This document shows positions 12,391 through 23,519 of a stretch of DNA of 64,000 bases, piece by piece; the stretch's first letter is position 1, and each line of letters begins with the position of its first letter. The notes below the pieces were generated by a model. It searched no databases. It was not told the origin of the DNA and saw only the letters and a list, made by a program, of their open reading frames with translations. The translations under genes and the position numbers were made by a program. Source of the stretch: Narcine bancroftii (taxonomy: Eukaryota); contig NC_091480.1 of the NCBI RefSeq assembly GCF_036971445.1, positions 21,080,001-21,144,000 of the forward strand, given 5' to 3'.

Positions 12391-13324
12391 TCCTGTCTCT
12401 GGGGTGACTTGGGGTCCTGTCTCTGGGGTGACTTGGGGTCCTGTCTCTGGAGTGACGGGGTCCTGTCTCTGGGGTGACTTGGGGTCCTGTCTCTGGAGTG
12501 ACGGGGTCCTGTCTCTGGAGTGACTTGGGGTCCTGTCTCTGGAGTGACGGGGTCCTGTCTCTGGAGTGACTTGGGGTCCTGTCTCTGGGGTGACTTGGGA
12601 TCCTGTCTCTGGAGTGACTTGGGGTCCTGTCTCTGGGGTGACTTGGGGTCCTGTCTCTGGGGTGACTTGGGGTCCTGGTCTCTGGAGTGACTTGGGATCC
12701 TGTCTCTGGAGTGACTTGGGGTCCTGTCTCTGGGGTGACTTGGGGTCCTGTCTCTGGAGTGACTTGGGGTCCTGTCTCTGGGGTGACTTGGGGTCCTGTC
12801 TCTGGGGTGACTTGGGGTCCTGTCTCTGGGGTGACTTGGGGTCCTGTCTCTGGGGTGACTTGGGGTCCTGGTCTCTGGAGTGACTTGGGTTCCTGTCTCT
12901 GGGGTGACTTGGGGTCCTGTCTCTGGAGTGACTTGGGGTCCTGTCTCTGGGGTGACTTGGGATCCTGTCTCTGGAGTGACTTGGGATCCTGTCTCTGGAG
13001 TGACTTGGGATCCTGTCTCTGGGGTGACTTGGGGTCCTGTCTCTGGGGTGACTTGGGGTCCTAGTCTCTGGAGTGACTTGGGGTCCTGTCTCTGGGGTGA
13101 CTTGGGGTCCTGTCTCTGGGGTGACTTGGGGTCCTGTCTCTGGGGTGACTTGGGGTCCTGTCTCTGGGGTGACTTGGGGTCCTGTCTCTGGGGTGACTTG
13201 GGGTCCTGTCTCTGGGGTGACTTGGGGTCCTGTCTCTGGGGTGACTTGGGGTCCTGTCTCTGGGGTGATTTGGGATCCTGGTCTCTGGAGTGACTTGGGG
13301 TCCTGTCTCTGGAGTGACTTGGGA
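12391..13324. repeat. G-rich (+ strand) minisatellite, 24-bp unit
   Basis: Highly homogeneous unit tcctgtctctgg(g/a)gtgacttgggg, about 39 copies, with minor 22- and 25-bp variants. Confidence 0.95.
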
Positions 13325-13377
13325 GGCTTCTTAAATAAGGTGCTAGATTCTCCTCACTTGCCATGACTCAGAAGTTC

Positions 13378-14376
13378 TTTTTTAATATTTATTTAAAGTC
13401 AACACATATATAACAATTGATAAAATCATCTATCACATCAGTAGAAAACTTACAAATGCTGGTTGATTTATATTTAAAAACTACAAGAGAAAAAAAAATC
13501 TAATACTCCCACTCCAACCCCTACTAAAAACAATTCATTACTTAAATATATCACAATCATAATTATATATTGAATTGGATTGCTTCAGAAGATGCTCAAA
13601 AGATCCAAAAATATTATTTATTTTAAAGGAAGACTTCACCGGTCTGGAGGATTCAAAGGAATCATTTATAATTTTAATCCCAATGTTTGAGCACGCAGGC
13701 TCCAATTCTGTAAAAGGACAGAATATTTGCCCCTCATATAACATGTAATTTCTTTTTTCCTCGTGGAAGACCACTTTGAACCTCTGTTTGCCATCCTCCT
13801 AACGATGGCGAAACATCTGATTTCCAAGCAACAGCGATACGTTTCCTTGCTATCACCAAAGTTAGTTTGGCAAATTTCAACTGAAAATCTGATAATTTAG
13901 GAGCTATATTCTCAAAATTTCCCATCAACGATAATTCAGGATTTAGCGGAAAAACAATACCTGCAACTAGATGTGGTTTTAAAAGATCCTACAGTCGATA
14001 GAATGGTTAAAAAAATTGTTTCAATCGCATAAATCATGTTACAAGGAAAAACACCTAAATTAGGTTGGTTTAAGTCAAGAGAAAGGTGGGAACAAGATGT
14101 AAATATATCAAATGAGCAACACGTTTGGCAAAATTTATGTAAAGAGGTTATGTCTAATACAATTAATGTAAGTTTATAGATTACTTCATTATAATTTTTT
14201 ACATCAGTTATATATTAGGCCTCAGAAATTGAATAGATGGAACTCAAATATATCGGATCAATGTTTTAGATGTGGAACTTTTACTCATTCCACATGGTCT
14301 TGTTCAAAAGTTAAACCTTTTTGGATTTCCATTTAAGTTTTTACTATAGGTTACAGGAGCTGTTTTTCCATTAAGA
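13378..14376 (-). mobile_element. L1/Tx1-type LINE 3' end with an inverted 5' segment
   Basis: 13378-13970 (minus) carries the ORF2 C-terminus (IARKRIAVAWKSDVSPS), 3' UTR and A-tail. About 13971-14376 (plus) carries the upstream ORF2 part (HYNFLHQLY..PQKLNRW....DQCFRCG..HSTWSC). CAGAAGTTC flanks both ends. Confidence 0.75.
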
Positions 14377-14619
14377 CAGAAGTTCGAGGGATTTTGTATT
14401 TCTTCGAGGAGGTTTTAATCTCTGCTCATCTTTCCATTGTTTGACGTAATATCAGTTCCAAATGGACAATATCAGGGCTTTTTTTTCTTCTATTTTCCCG
14501 GGAGATTTAGGATCCTATGTGTCACATGACCCCCCCCCCCTCCCAATTTCAGGACTAACACAAAAGCTGAAGAAGCTGGAATCTTGTGCAAACAATGAAT
14601 TGCAGGAGACCCAAAGCCA

Positions 14620-15280
14620 GTCAGAATCAGGATTTATTGTCATGAACAAGTCATGAAATTCGGTGTTTGCAGCAGTATCACAGGGCAAATGTTTATATTA
14701 TAACCATCTTACAACATTACAATAAAAAAGTAAAAATAATAATGCATAAAAGTAAGGCCAGGTCTTTGGTTCAATGATTATTCAGGAATCTGATGGCAGC
14801 GGGGAAGAAGCTGTCCTTGTGCAATTGACTGCCCATCTTTAGGTTCTTGCCCATTTTTCCCAATGGTGCAGAGTTGAGAGGGAATGGCCTGGGTGCTGGG
14901 GGTCTTTGAGGATAGAAGCTGCTTTTTTTAAGATACCGCCTCATGTAGATGTCCTTGATGGAGTGAAATCTGGTACCTGTGATGTCACAGGCCAAGTTAA
15001 CAACCCTCTGGAGTTTATTCTTGTCCTGAGAGTAGGTGCCTCCATACCAGGCTGTGATGCAGCCATCCAGAATGCTCTCCATAGTACTCCTGTAGAAGTT
15101 TACCAGAGTCTTTGGTGACATACTGAATCTCTTCAGATACCTCACAAAATAGAGCTGCTGGCCAACCTTTTTATGTTTGCATCAACATGGAGATTCCAGG
15201 ACAGATTCTGGAGATGCTGACACCCAGGAATTTGACGTTCTTGACCCTCTCCACGACTGAGCCATCTATGAGGACTGGGT
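14620..15280 (-). mobile_element. Rex1/Babar-like LINE 3' fragment
   Basis: ORF 14771-15145 reads LKRFSMSPKTLVNFYRSTMESILDGCITAWYGG...LQRVVNLA...DSFFPAAIRFLN. (TCTGA)n-like tail near 14620. Confidence 0.8.
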
Positions 15281-16369
15281 CGTGTTTTTTTTTTCTTCTT
15301 TTCCTTTGTGATTATTTTGGTTACCTTTGTGTATTCTTCCACCTCGCATCCTACTATCGACAGTTGCACCTCAAGTTGTCTGGACCCTAAGGTCTGGAAT
15401 TTCTCCATGAACCCCTCCACAAATTCGTGTCCTGCTTCAGATCAAACGTTTAAATAACTTTTTTTTTGCCAGATTGTGCTTTTTTGCATATCTTAAATCA
15501 TTGTGCTCCCATAACTGTGGGGAACAACGTTTTTTTTTGTTGTTGGCTCAATCACCTATATCGTCTGCAAACATTATGGTGAATAGCAGTGTCAGGTGAG
15601 TAGGGGATGGGCCACGAGTTCCGGGAGGAGGAGAATCTCATTACATTCATTTGCTTCCATGGTGCCAACATCGCTCATTTAAAACTTAAGAGGGAACGGA
15701 CAATTGATTCTCATCGCTGGTTTATATCGGGTAGGGAAATTCCCGATATTGTCTCTTTTTCCATGTAGCAATTTGATAATTAACTTGTACACTGAATGTA
15801 TCGTTTCCCTTCGAACGCTTCCTGAGTTTATTTCTTTCATTTACACAGTTACAATTCGTCACTTCATATGTTTTCCTGTGTTTAATTAATATAAATCGGC
15901 ATTGTTGGTTTTAAATCGATTGCAAAATAAACTGTAGTGACATTAACAAAGCAGCCTGTAGATCTATTTCCCCGGCTCGTTGGTTTTAGTTCTCAAGATC
16001 GCGGACCTCCCCCTAGATCATAGTTCACTGGTTGCGAGAGCTTGAAGTGGATGGGACTTCAATTCCTCAGAGGTTGGTGTTCGCGTGAGACTTGTGGCTT
16101 TGAAGGAAAGATAACTTTTCATGTGAATGTCCTTCCCCTCCGAAATTCTCAACAGACGAGCTTGGAACGGTCACGAGGGGAGAAGAGGTTGAAAAAGGTG
16201 GGGACACGGGCCCTTCAAGTTCAGAATATCCACCGGTACAATCAAATTGAGCAAAGTGGAGAAAACCTATCAGTACGTGGCTTTGGTCATGGCACTATGA
16301 AATATAACAAAGCAATTTGGCGTTTGACTCCAGGTGAGAACTTGTGTTCCGTTCTGATCATTGAATTAG

Positions 16370-16920
16370 AGGAAGGATGGAGAAGGGTGCAGGGGAGATT
16401 TATCAGGATGTTGCCTGGATTGGAAAATGTTTGATGAGGGAAGGTGACTTTTCTCTTTGGAGTGAAGAAGGATGTAAGGTGTCTTAGTAGAGATCTACTA
16501 AATTAAGAGAGGCATAGATATCATGGACAGTCAACACTCTTTTCCGAGGCCAGGAATAGCAAGCACCAGGGGACGTATGGTCAAAGTACGAAGAAAGTTT
16601 AGGGGTAAGTTTTTTACACAGAGTTGTGGGTGCCTGGAATGCCTTGGTACAGGTGGTGGTGGAGGCTGAAACATTAGGGGCATTGTTGGTTTTCAATCGA
16701 TTGCAAAATAAACTGTAGTGACATTAACAAAGCAGCCTGTAGATCTATTTCCCCGGCTCGTTGGTTTTAGTTCTCAAGATCGCGGACCAGGTACATGGAT
16801 AGAAGAAAAATCCAGGTTTTTGAGGTAGGAAAGGTTTAGTATTTTTTTTTGTTTGGAATATGTAGGTCAGCACAACATCAAGGGCCAAAGGGCTTGTACT
16901 GTGCTGTAATGTTCTATGCT
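16370..16920 (+). mobile_element. CR1-type LINE 3' fragment carrying a 110-bp foreign insert
   Basis: Degenerate RVQGRFIRMLPGLE motif and CR1 3' UTR ending gtactgtgctgtaatgttctatg. Confidence 0.7.
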
Positions 16921-17149
16921 CGACATCCTGTCCAGAGGAAGAGAGGACCTGTGAAAGACCGCGGAGCATGCCAAAGTGAAAAATTAAGGAGACTGTTCAC
17001 AGTGGGAAAGAAACTCTAGAGCTATTATAATATCGGAATTGGGACTAAGTTTAACAGAAAGTGCCATGGTTTTATGTATTCCAACCTGATCAGACAATAG
17101 CCAATCAAACTAAATATCTAAGGATTTGTGTCGGTTCTCCCATATTTGT

Positions 17150-17990
17150 CAGAGTTGTTCATTGGATTGAAATGATCAATTACAGAAGTAATATCTGATT
17201 GAGCTTATTAGTGGATGTAGAAATATTGCACAAAGTGAAAATAAATCGAAGAGCTTGAAACTGCATTTGGAAGTGATGTTGACCAGCTGAGCGAGTAGGT
17301 GTGAATATGGCAGATGCATTATAACATGGTAAAATGTGAAGCTATTCACTTTGATGTCAAAAACAGAAACGGTGTTTTCAAATGATAGAAGATTGGGTAA
17401 TATTGATCAAAGTGATCCAGATGCCCTTGCCCACAATTAACCTGCAGAAAGTGATTAGGAAGGCAAATGATACATTAGCCTTTATTACAAGGAGAGAAGT
17501 GTAAAAGTAAATTTGTCATCTTACACTTATTTCAGGCATTGGTGAGATGACATCAGAAGTATTGTGTCCATTTATTTCAACCAGAGCAAGCGCAATGTTT
17601 ATTTACCAGGTTTTTTTTCAGCGATGGTACTTTTGTTGAACGAAGAGAGATTGTGAAGATGAAGCCTGTATTTTCCAGAGTTTAGAAGTGATCACTGAAA
17701 CTTTTTAAATTCTTCAATGGGGTGACAGGCTGAAGACTATGCTTCCTCTGGCTAAGGAGCCTTGAACTAATGGCATAGTGTCAGAATTAAGGGTAAGCCA
17801 TTTAGGGCTGAGAAGAGACATTTATTCATACAGAGGATGGTGAATCTTTAGAAATCTCTACTGGAAGTTATACAGGGTCAGTCATGAGTTTAATCCAAAT
17901 AAAGATTGCTAGGTTTCAGGATATGAAGGAAATCAAGAAATGTGGAAATAGTGCAGGAAGAGAGTACTGATTTGGAATGAGGATTTTTCC
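17150..17990 (+). mobile_element. Old CR1-type LINE fragment (RT C-terminus)
   Basis: Degenerate W...WQM.FN..KCE..HF and RKAN..LAFI motifs (tggcagatgcattataacatggtaaaatgtgaagctattcacttt; aggaaggcaaatgatacattagcctttatt). Confidence 0.6.
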
Positions 17991-18799
17991 ATTAGAGGCC
18001 TAAAGGAAGTGGCCAGAGAAAGGGAATTGGGCTCTTGGGGGAAAATTATACAAGGAAGTAATCAGAGCAGGCATTATCTGTGTGTGACACAATAGTAGGG
18101 ATCAACTAAGATATTACTCATGGCAATTCACTGTTCTCTAATGTGATTTGCTGTTCTCCAGTGATAAGTATAATGTCGTGCAACATGTGTGGTTTTTTTT
18201 AATGGAGCTGTTGACCTAAGTTTATTTAGTTCATCAGAGATATTTGACACTAAATGGCCTTTTTCCTTACTACTTGTAGTTTGCTCTAATAACTTGTGTT
18301 CAATTTTTGCTGAACTCTACCTCCCTTTTTCACTTACCCAACTTTATTTCCTTCTTTTTAGCTTTTTTGTTTTATCTTCTTATAAACTCTTCTAAACTCT
18401 TCTTGTGTGACTCTCATAAATGATTTGATTTGATTCTGCAATTCTCCTTTCAGATTCCCACCACTTAAAAACCACATGATTCTTGATTTTCTTTGAAAGA
18501 AGATCTTGCATTTTTCTACATTGAATTTCATTTGCCATGTCTTCATAATTTGTCTACATTTATAGTTTTAGTCTTATGAAATCAAAACAAGGCTGTGATT
18601 ATGCTGGAAATGTAATGTAGTATGCGTTGGGCAGAAATTTTCCAAGTAATGAAACTGTTCACTTTGCCTAGGTGAGATTAACAAAACTCCTCTGAATGTT
18701 TGTGGAATATATCCATTCAACCTGCCAGGTTCATCCCAACATTCCATTTCATGCCCACCAGACCAGCAAAATTCACAACCACACTGAAGGATCTGTTTG

Positions 18800-19230
18800 T
18801 CCCTCTGCATCTGAATCCTTGATTTTTTTTTCCATTGGCTGATCCCATTCAGTGTGGATTGGCAAAATCATTTCCTTCTTGCTGACCATCAAAATGGGGG
18901 CACCCCAGGCTGTGTGCTTCCTCCCTGACTCTATTCCTTGTACACCCATAATTTCATAGCTCAATCAATCTACAAATTCACTGACTGCACTACTGCTGTT
19001 GGCAGAAGTAAAGGGAGCCAGAATATAGGATAGAGTTTGAGAATTTGGTTTAGTGGTGTCAGAACAACATTCTTGTTCTCACTGTTACCAAGACCAAGCG
19101 GCTGGTTGTTGATTTTAGAAAGGAGAAGGAAGTGAAGAATCTTCAGGTTCTGGGAGTACATATTTCGAAAGACCTTTCCTGGAACCAGCATTTTGAGACC
19201 ACTGTGAAAAAGGGCACATCAACACCTCGA
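18800..19230 (+). mobile_element. Degenerate Rex1/Babar-like LINE RT fragment
   Basis: Remnants of the GAPQGCVL.P.LYSLYT motif (ggggcaccccaggctgtgtgctt...ctctattccttgtacaccca) and FRFLGVHIS.DLSW. Confidence 0.55.
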
Positions 19231-19399
19231 CCTTTTTTTTTTTAAAATGATTTATATTTTATTAAATTCTTTAAAAGAGGTTTCCTCAAACCTTTGAGTC
19301 CGTTTTTAAATTTATGTAAATCATAAGTTACAAAACATAAACTTATCCATGAAATAGAAATGAACATGGCAGCAAAAATATCAATAACCACGTGTGTCT

Positions 19400-20075
19400 A
19401 TTTGGCATTGTAGAGATTCTCTTGTTGATATGCACTGCCAAGCTAAGGCCACCCTCAAACAACACCTCACCCTCATCTGGACACCCTCCAACCGGATGGG
19501 ATTAATATCGACTTCTCTGTTTCCTTTTACCCCCTCCCCACCATCATCTTGCTCTCTCTTTCTCTCTTCCCTTTTCCCTCCTTCTCACAGAGCCAAAACC
19601 GCCCTCCCCGAGCAAATTCTCCTCTCTCCTGTATCCCATTCATATCTAATTAACACCTTGTTTCTGTTGCACTGGGGGAAGGTATGTAATGTAGGACAAG
19701 ATGTTAATATCAAGGTAGATGAGGGAAGGATGTTTCCACCAGTTGAGAGTCTTGAACTGGATATTGTGGTCTATTTATTCTAAGAGAATTTCCTTTGCCC
19801 AGAGGGAGGTAAATCTGTGGGATTCTCTACCCCAAGGACTATAGACAGTCATTCAAAATTCATTTATTAACATGTTAGAAAATGTAATCCATGGAGGTTG
19901 TTCTGGTAATATTCTTCCCTTATCCCCAGCCTTTTAATTCAGACTCCTGCCTGCTTTTTACTTATATCCTGAAGAAGGCCTCAGACCTGAAACGTTGGTT
20001 TTGTATGTTTACCTGCTATGGATACTGCAACACTTGCTGAATTCCTCCTGTATTTCCATGTTTTTGCCATGGATC
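19400..20075 (+). mobile_element. Penelope-like retroelement 3' fragment
   Basis: Degenerate EQHL.F.L.TL.P.G.N.DF motif (aacaacacctcaccctcatctggacaccctccaaccggatgggattaatatcgacttctct) and terminal ctgaagaagg...cctgaaacgttg. Confidence 0.55.
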
Positions 20076-20459
20076 ACGGCCTGTTTTGGGAATTCAACTG
20101 CCCAGGATTGCAGAAGGCTTCAGAAGGTAGTAAACATAGTTAAGTACATCAGAGGATCTGAAAAAGGTAGCTGACATCTTAAAGAAACTCCTTCTCCCTG
20201 GCACAACAGGTATCAGATTCTTGAACTTCCCCTTGGTACATTAATCATGGACAATCTAAACTATTGCAAGTCACTTTTTTTTGCATGAGGATTACAGAGA
20301 ATATTTCTATCTATCTTGTGTAATTGTCTCTTAATTTAATTCAAGCAGTTTACTACTGTAGTTTTTATCTTTGAAAGTACCTGTTTGACTGCAGCAAGGA
20401 AGAATTTTGGTGCATGTGCATCTTGTACAAAGTGTACGATGATAAACTCATTAAAATCA

Positions 20460-20998
20460 GTGTCAAATGGGCATTGGGCAAATATCATTTTCTTTGTGAT
20501 GAAAATTAAAAAAAGGAGTTCTTTTCAATAATGTGAGATTGATGTTTGAAGGGACCTGTAAATCCGAGTTAACAGGTCACCGAAAGAATATAAGTAGGTG
20601 CAGCAGACAGTCAAATACACTAATGGTCGTATCTGGCCTTTGAGACAACTGTATTTTCTCTGCTCTTTGGTATATAGAGTGAGACCAGAGAAAATGCACC
20701 AGACTGGTTCATAGGATGCCAAGTCAGTCATCTGAGGAAAGATTGAGTAGGTAACTCCTCTATCTTTGAGATTAAAGTAGTGATGTTATTGAAATAGAAA
20801 GTTTTAAAGAAATAATCAAGGTAGATGAGGGAAGGATGTTTTCACCAGTTGAGAGTCTTGAACTGGATATCGTGGTCTCAGAATAAAGAGAATTTTCTTT
20901 GCCCAGAGGGAGGTAAATCTGTGGGATTCTCTGCCCCAAGGACTATGGACAGTGATTCAAAATTCCTTTATTAACATCTTATAAGACAGAAAATGTAA
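20460..20998 (+). mobile_element. Old CR1-type LINE fragment
   Basis: Degenerate CR1 RT-end and 3' sequence (caggtcaccgaaagaatataagtaggtgcagcag; cagagggaggtaaatctgtgggattctctgcccca). Confidence 0.5.
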
Positions 20999-21000
20999 TA

Positions 21001-21206
21001 CAGTATATCTGGCACATATGGCATTGGGAGATGCCAGATAAGTGAATTTTCTGGGAGCTTGGCATTGCATGTCATGTAATTGGCAAGCCTCACCGTTAGT
21101 TCACCAATGTTAAACTTCCATATTTTTACATTATTTTCCACAATTTATTTTACTGGATGCTTGAGGCTGCCGTTTGCTTGAATTCCGGATAAGAGGGCTT
21201 TTACTG
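21001..21206. mobile_element. Tigger-like MITE
   Basis: TA|CAGTA...TTTTACTG|TA termini; homologous to 58763-58984. Confidence 0.65.
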
Positions 21207-21904
21207 TATTACACGAATTTCCTTCTGCCCACCATAAGGCCATGAGTATTGTATGACGCCCCTTACAGTAAGAGCAAAAGGGAGCCCCTTCAGAGACACT
21301 GAATGTCCATGGATTTGCCTCCAGTGTTTCCACAACCTCTGCAACTGCACAGACCCCTGATCAATCCATCGACAACCTGAACTCCAGATCCAAAATTGAC
21401 CACAGTCGAAACTGAAGTTGATTTTATTTTTGTGGATTTTAATGGGGTTAAGTCATGTGGAGGTAGGATAGGAAAATGGTTTTGAGGTAAATGTTAGTAA
21501 AGATCTTGTTGATGGGATGCAGGGGCTTGAAAGCCCAAATGGACAACTCAAGCTTTTATCTCTTGTTTTCTTTGTTCTAATGAAAGTGAGCTGACTCATT
21601 TGTTCCCATTGTAGTGATATAATGTTGCATTCTAATTCAGTTTGGTAGATCTAATTTATTTTTGGCATCTATTCCCCTGCAAGATGATAGCAGGAGTCAC
21701 TTATGTCGAAGGTCTTATTTGAATTGTTGAGATGATAACTTTTGCTACAATGTGATTGTAACCTTAAGTGGATTCTGCTAAAGAGCAAAAAAGCTTCAGA
21801 AATTCAATGTTTTTAATGTTTATGCACAAAAAAGTGAATCATGTTTGAATATATTTAATCCTAGTATTTAAATGTTGATAAATATGGAAAAAATAACTCT
21901 TACT

Positions 21905-22125
21905 GTTGGCACCCTGGTTAAGAGAGCAGTGCCAGCGAACCGGGTTTGAATCTGGTGCTGTCTGTAAGGAGTTTGTACACTCTCCCATGTCTGCAGGGAT
22001 TTCCTCTGGGTTTTCCTGTTTCCTCTCACCCTTCAAAACATATGGGAGGTTGTAGGCTAATTCAGGTATTTGGGCAGTACGGGCTCATGGGCTGGACGGG
22101 CCTGTTACTGTGCTGTATATCTAAA
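21905..22125 (+). mobile_element. tRNA-derived V-SINE (HE1-like)
   Basis: B-box-like gggtttgaatc, followed by the conserved V-SINE core gtctgtaaggagtttgtacactctccc.tgtctgc.gggatttcctc.ggg. Confidence 0.75.
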
Positions 22126-22755
22126 AATATTTTTTAAATATTAAAAAAATATTCTCCAACAATAAGTACAGATGATGTAACGGTTCTTTCCCTTATTACT
22201 GATTGGCAGCAGCTTGTACGTGAAAGTAGTTCTTCCATTCAGGGCCGGATTAATGTAGTAGTGAAAGTAGTATCCTGTCCCAGGATTTTCAAGAGCCTCC
22301 GTGTTTATGTACTATGAATTATGAGAAACATTTTCATCTTTGTGCAGCAACTATGAGATACTGATAGTCTGTATTAATAACCCTGATTTAAGGTGATAAT
22401 TGGCTAAAATCGCTGATCTTAAAGGGGGGGGTGCCACTGTCCACTCCTTGCCTGACTGCCTCCCCCCTAGCCCTTGCTGTCTGTTGCACCCTCCCCCTCC
22501 CCAAATCTAACTCGCGATGTGGCTGTAGTGCTGCCAGAAAGCGCTGGTCCGCTTCGGGGCCAACCTGGCAGCTTGTGGCAACAGCTCAATGGCCGTCTTC
22601 ATTACCCATAATCCCCCATTCAGCTGGAACCACACTTGGGCATTTTAAAATGAGAGCAATTTTTAAAAACTGAAAGCAGTAAAAGAGTGAGTGAACAAAC
22701 AAGGACATAATCATAAAATGCAGAGCTCATGAAGAGGGGAAATCTCCGAATAGCT

Positions 22756-23358
22756 CAGACGAAGATTTATGGAGGGGGTAAAAGTCCACGTCAGCTGCAG
22801 GCTCGTTTGTGGCTGACAAGTCCGATGCGGGACAGGCAGACACGTTTGCAGCGGTTGCAGGGGAAAATTGGTTGGTTGGGGTTGGGTGTTGGGTTTTTCC
22901 TCCTTTGCCTTTTGTCAGTGAGGTGGGCTCTGCGGACTTCTTCAAAGGAGGTTGCTGCCCGCCGAACTGTGAGGCGCCAAGATGCACGGTTTGAGGCGAG
23001 ATCAGCCCACTGGCGGTGGTCAATGTGGCAGGCACCAAGAGATTTCTTTAGGCAGTCCTTGTACCTTTTCTTTGGTGCACCTCTGTCACGGTGGCCAGTG
23101 GAGAGCTCGCCATATAACACGATCTTGGGAAGGCCATGGTCCTCCATTCTGGAGACGTGACCCACCCAGCGCAGCTGGATCTTCAGTAGCGTGGACTCGA
23201 TGCTGTCGACCTCTGCCATCTCGAGTACTTCGACGTTAGGGATGAAAGCGCTCCAATGAATGTTGAGGATGGAGCGGAGACAACGCTGGTGGAAGTGTTC
23301 TAGGAGCCGTAGGTGATGCCGGTAGAGGACCCATGATTCGGAGCCGAATACGAAGGTG
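22756..23358 (-). mobile_element. RTE-clade LINE, 5'-truncated
   Basis: ORF 22791-23219 (LRWVGHVSRMEDHGLPKIVLYGELS...LVSHKRACS); same family as 4803-5394. Confidence 0.85.
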
Positions 23359-23519
23359 AAATGTCCGTTTCTTCAATCTATCTTCTGACATCCTGGAAAA
23401 TATAAATTTCTCATGTGCAATGTTTTCCAATTGTGTATCTCCATTTTCATATTTTCCAATAGTGACTTGATATATGATAGAGCAGCAAAACAATATGGAG
23501 ATTGCCAGATTTGTCTGCA

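Noticed and set aside
9826-13324. Repeat arrays as CRISPR arrays
   Set aside because: The units are contiguous with no unique spacers, there are no cas genes, and the context is a spliced vertebrate locus.
12069-13364. 431-aa minus-strand ATG ORF through the 24-bp array as a TMC7 N-terminal extension
   Set aside because: It reads through all three repeat frames and is not in the MQGGPPESSSP frame at the exon 1 donor, so it cannot splice in phase to exon 2.
21905-22000. tRNA genes in the SINE heads (also 25600-25703, 39400-39476, 47215-47300)
   Set aside because: Only degenerate A/B-box remnants followed by the V-SINE core; no cloverleaf can be formed.
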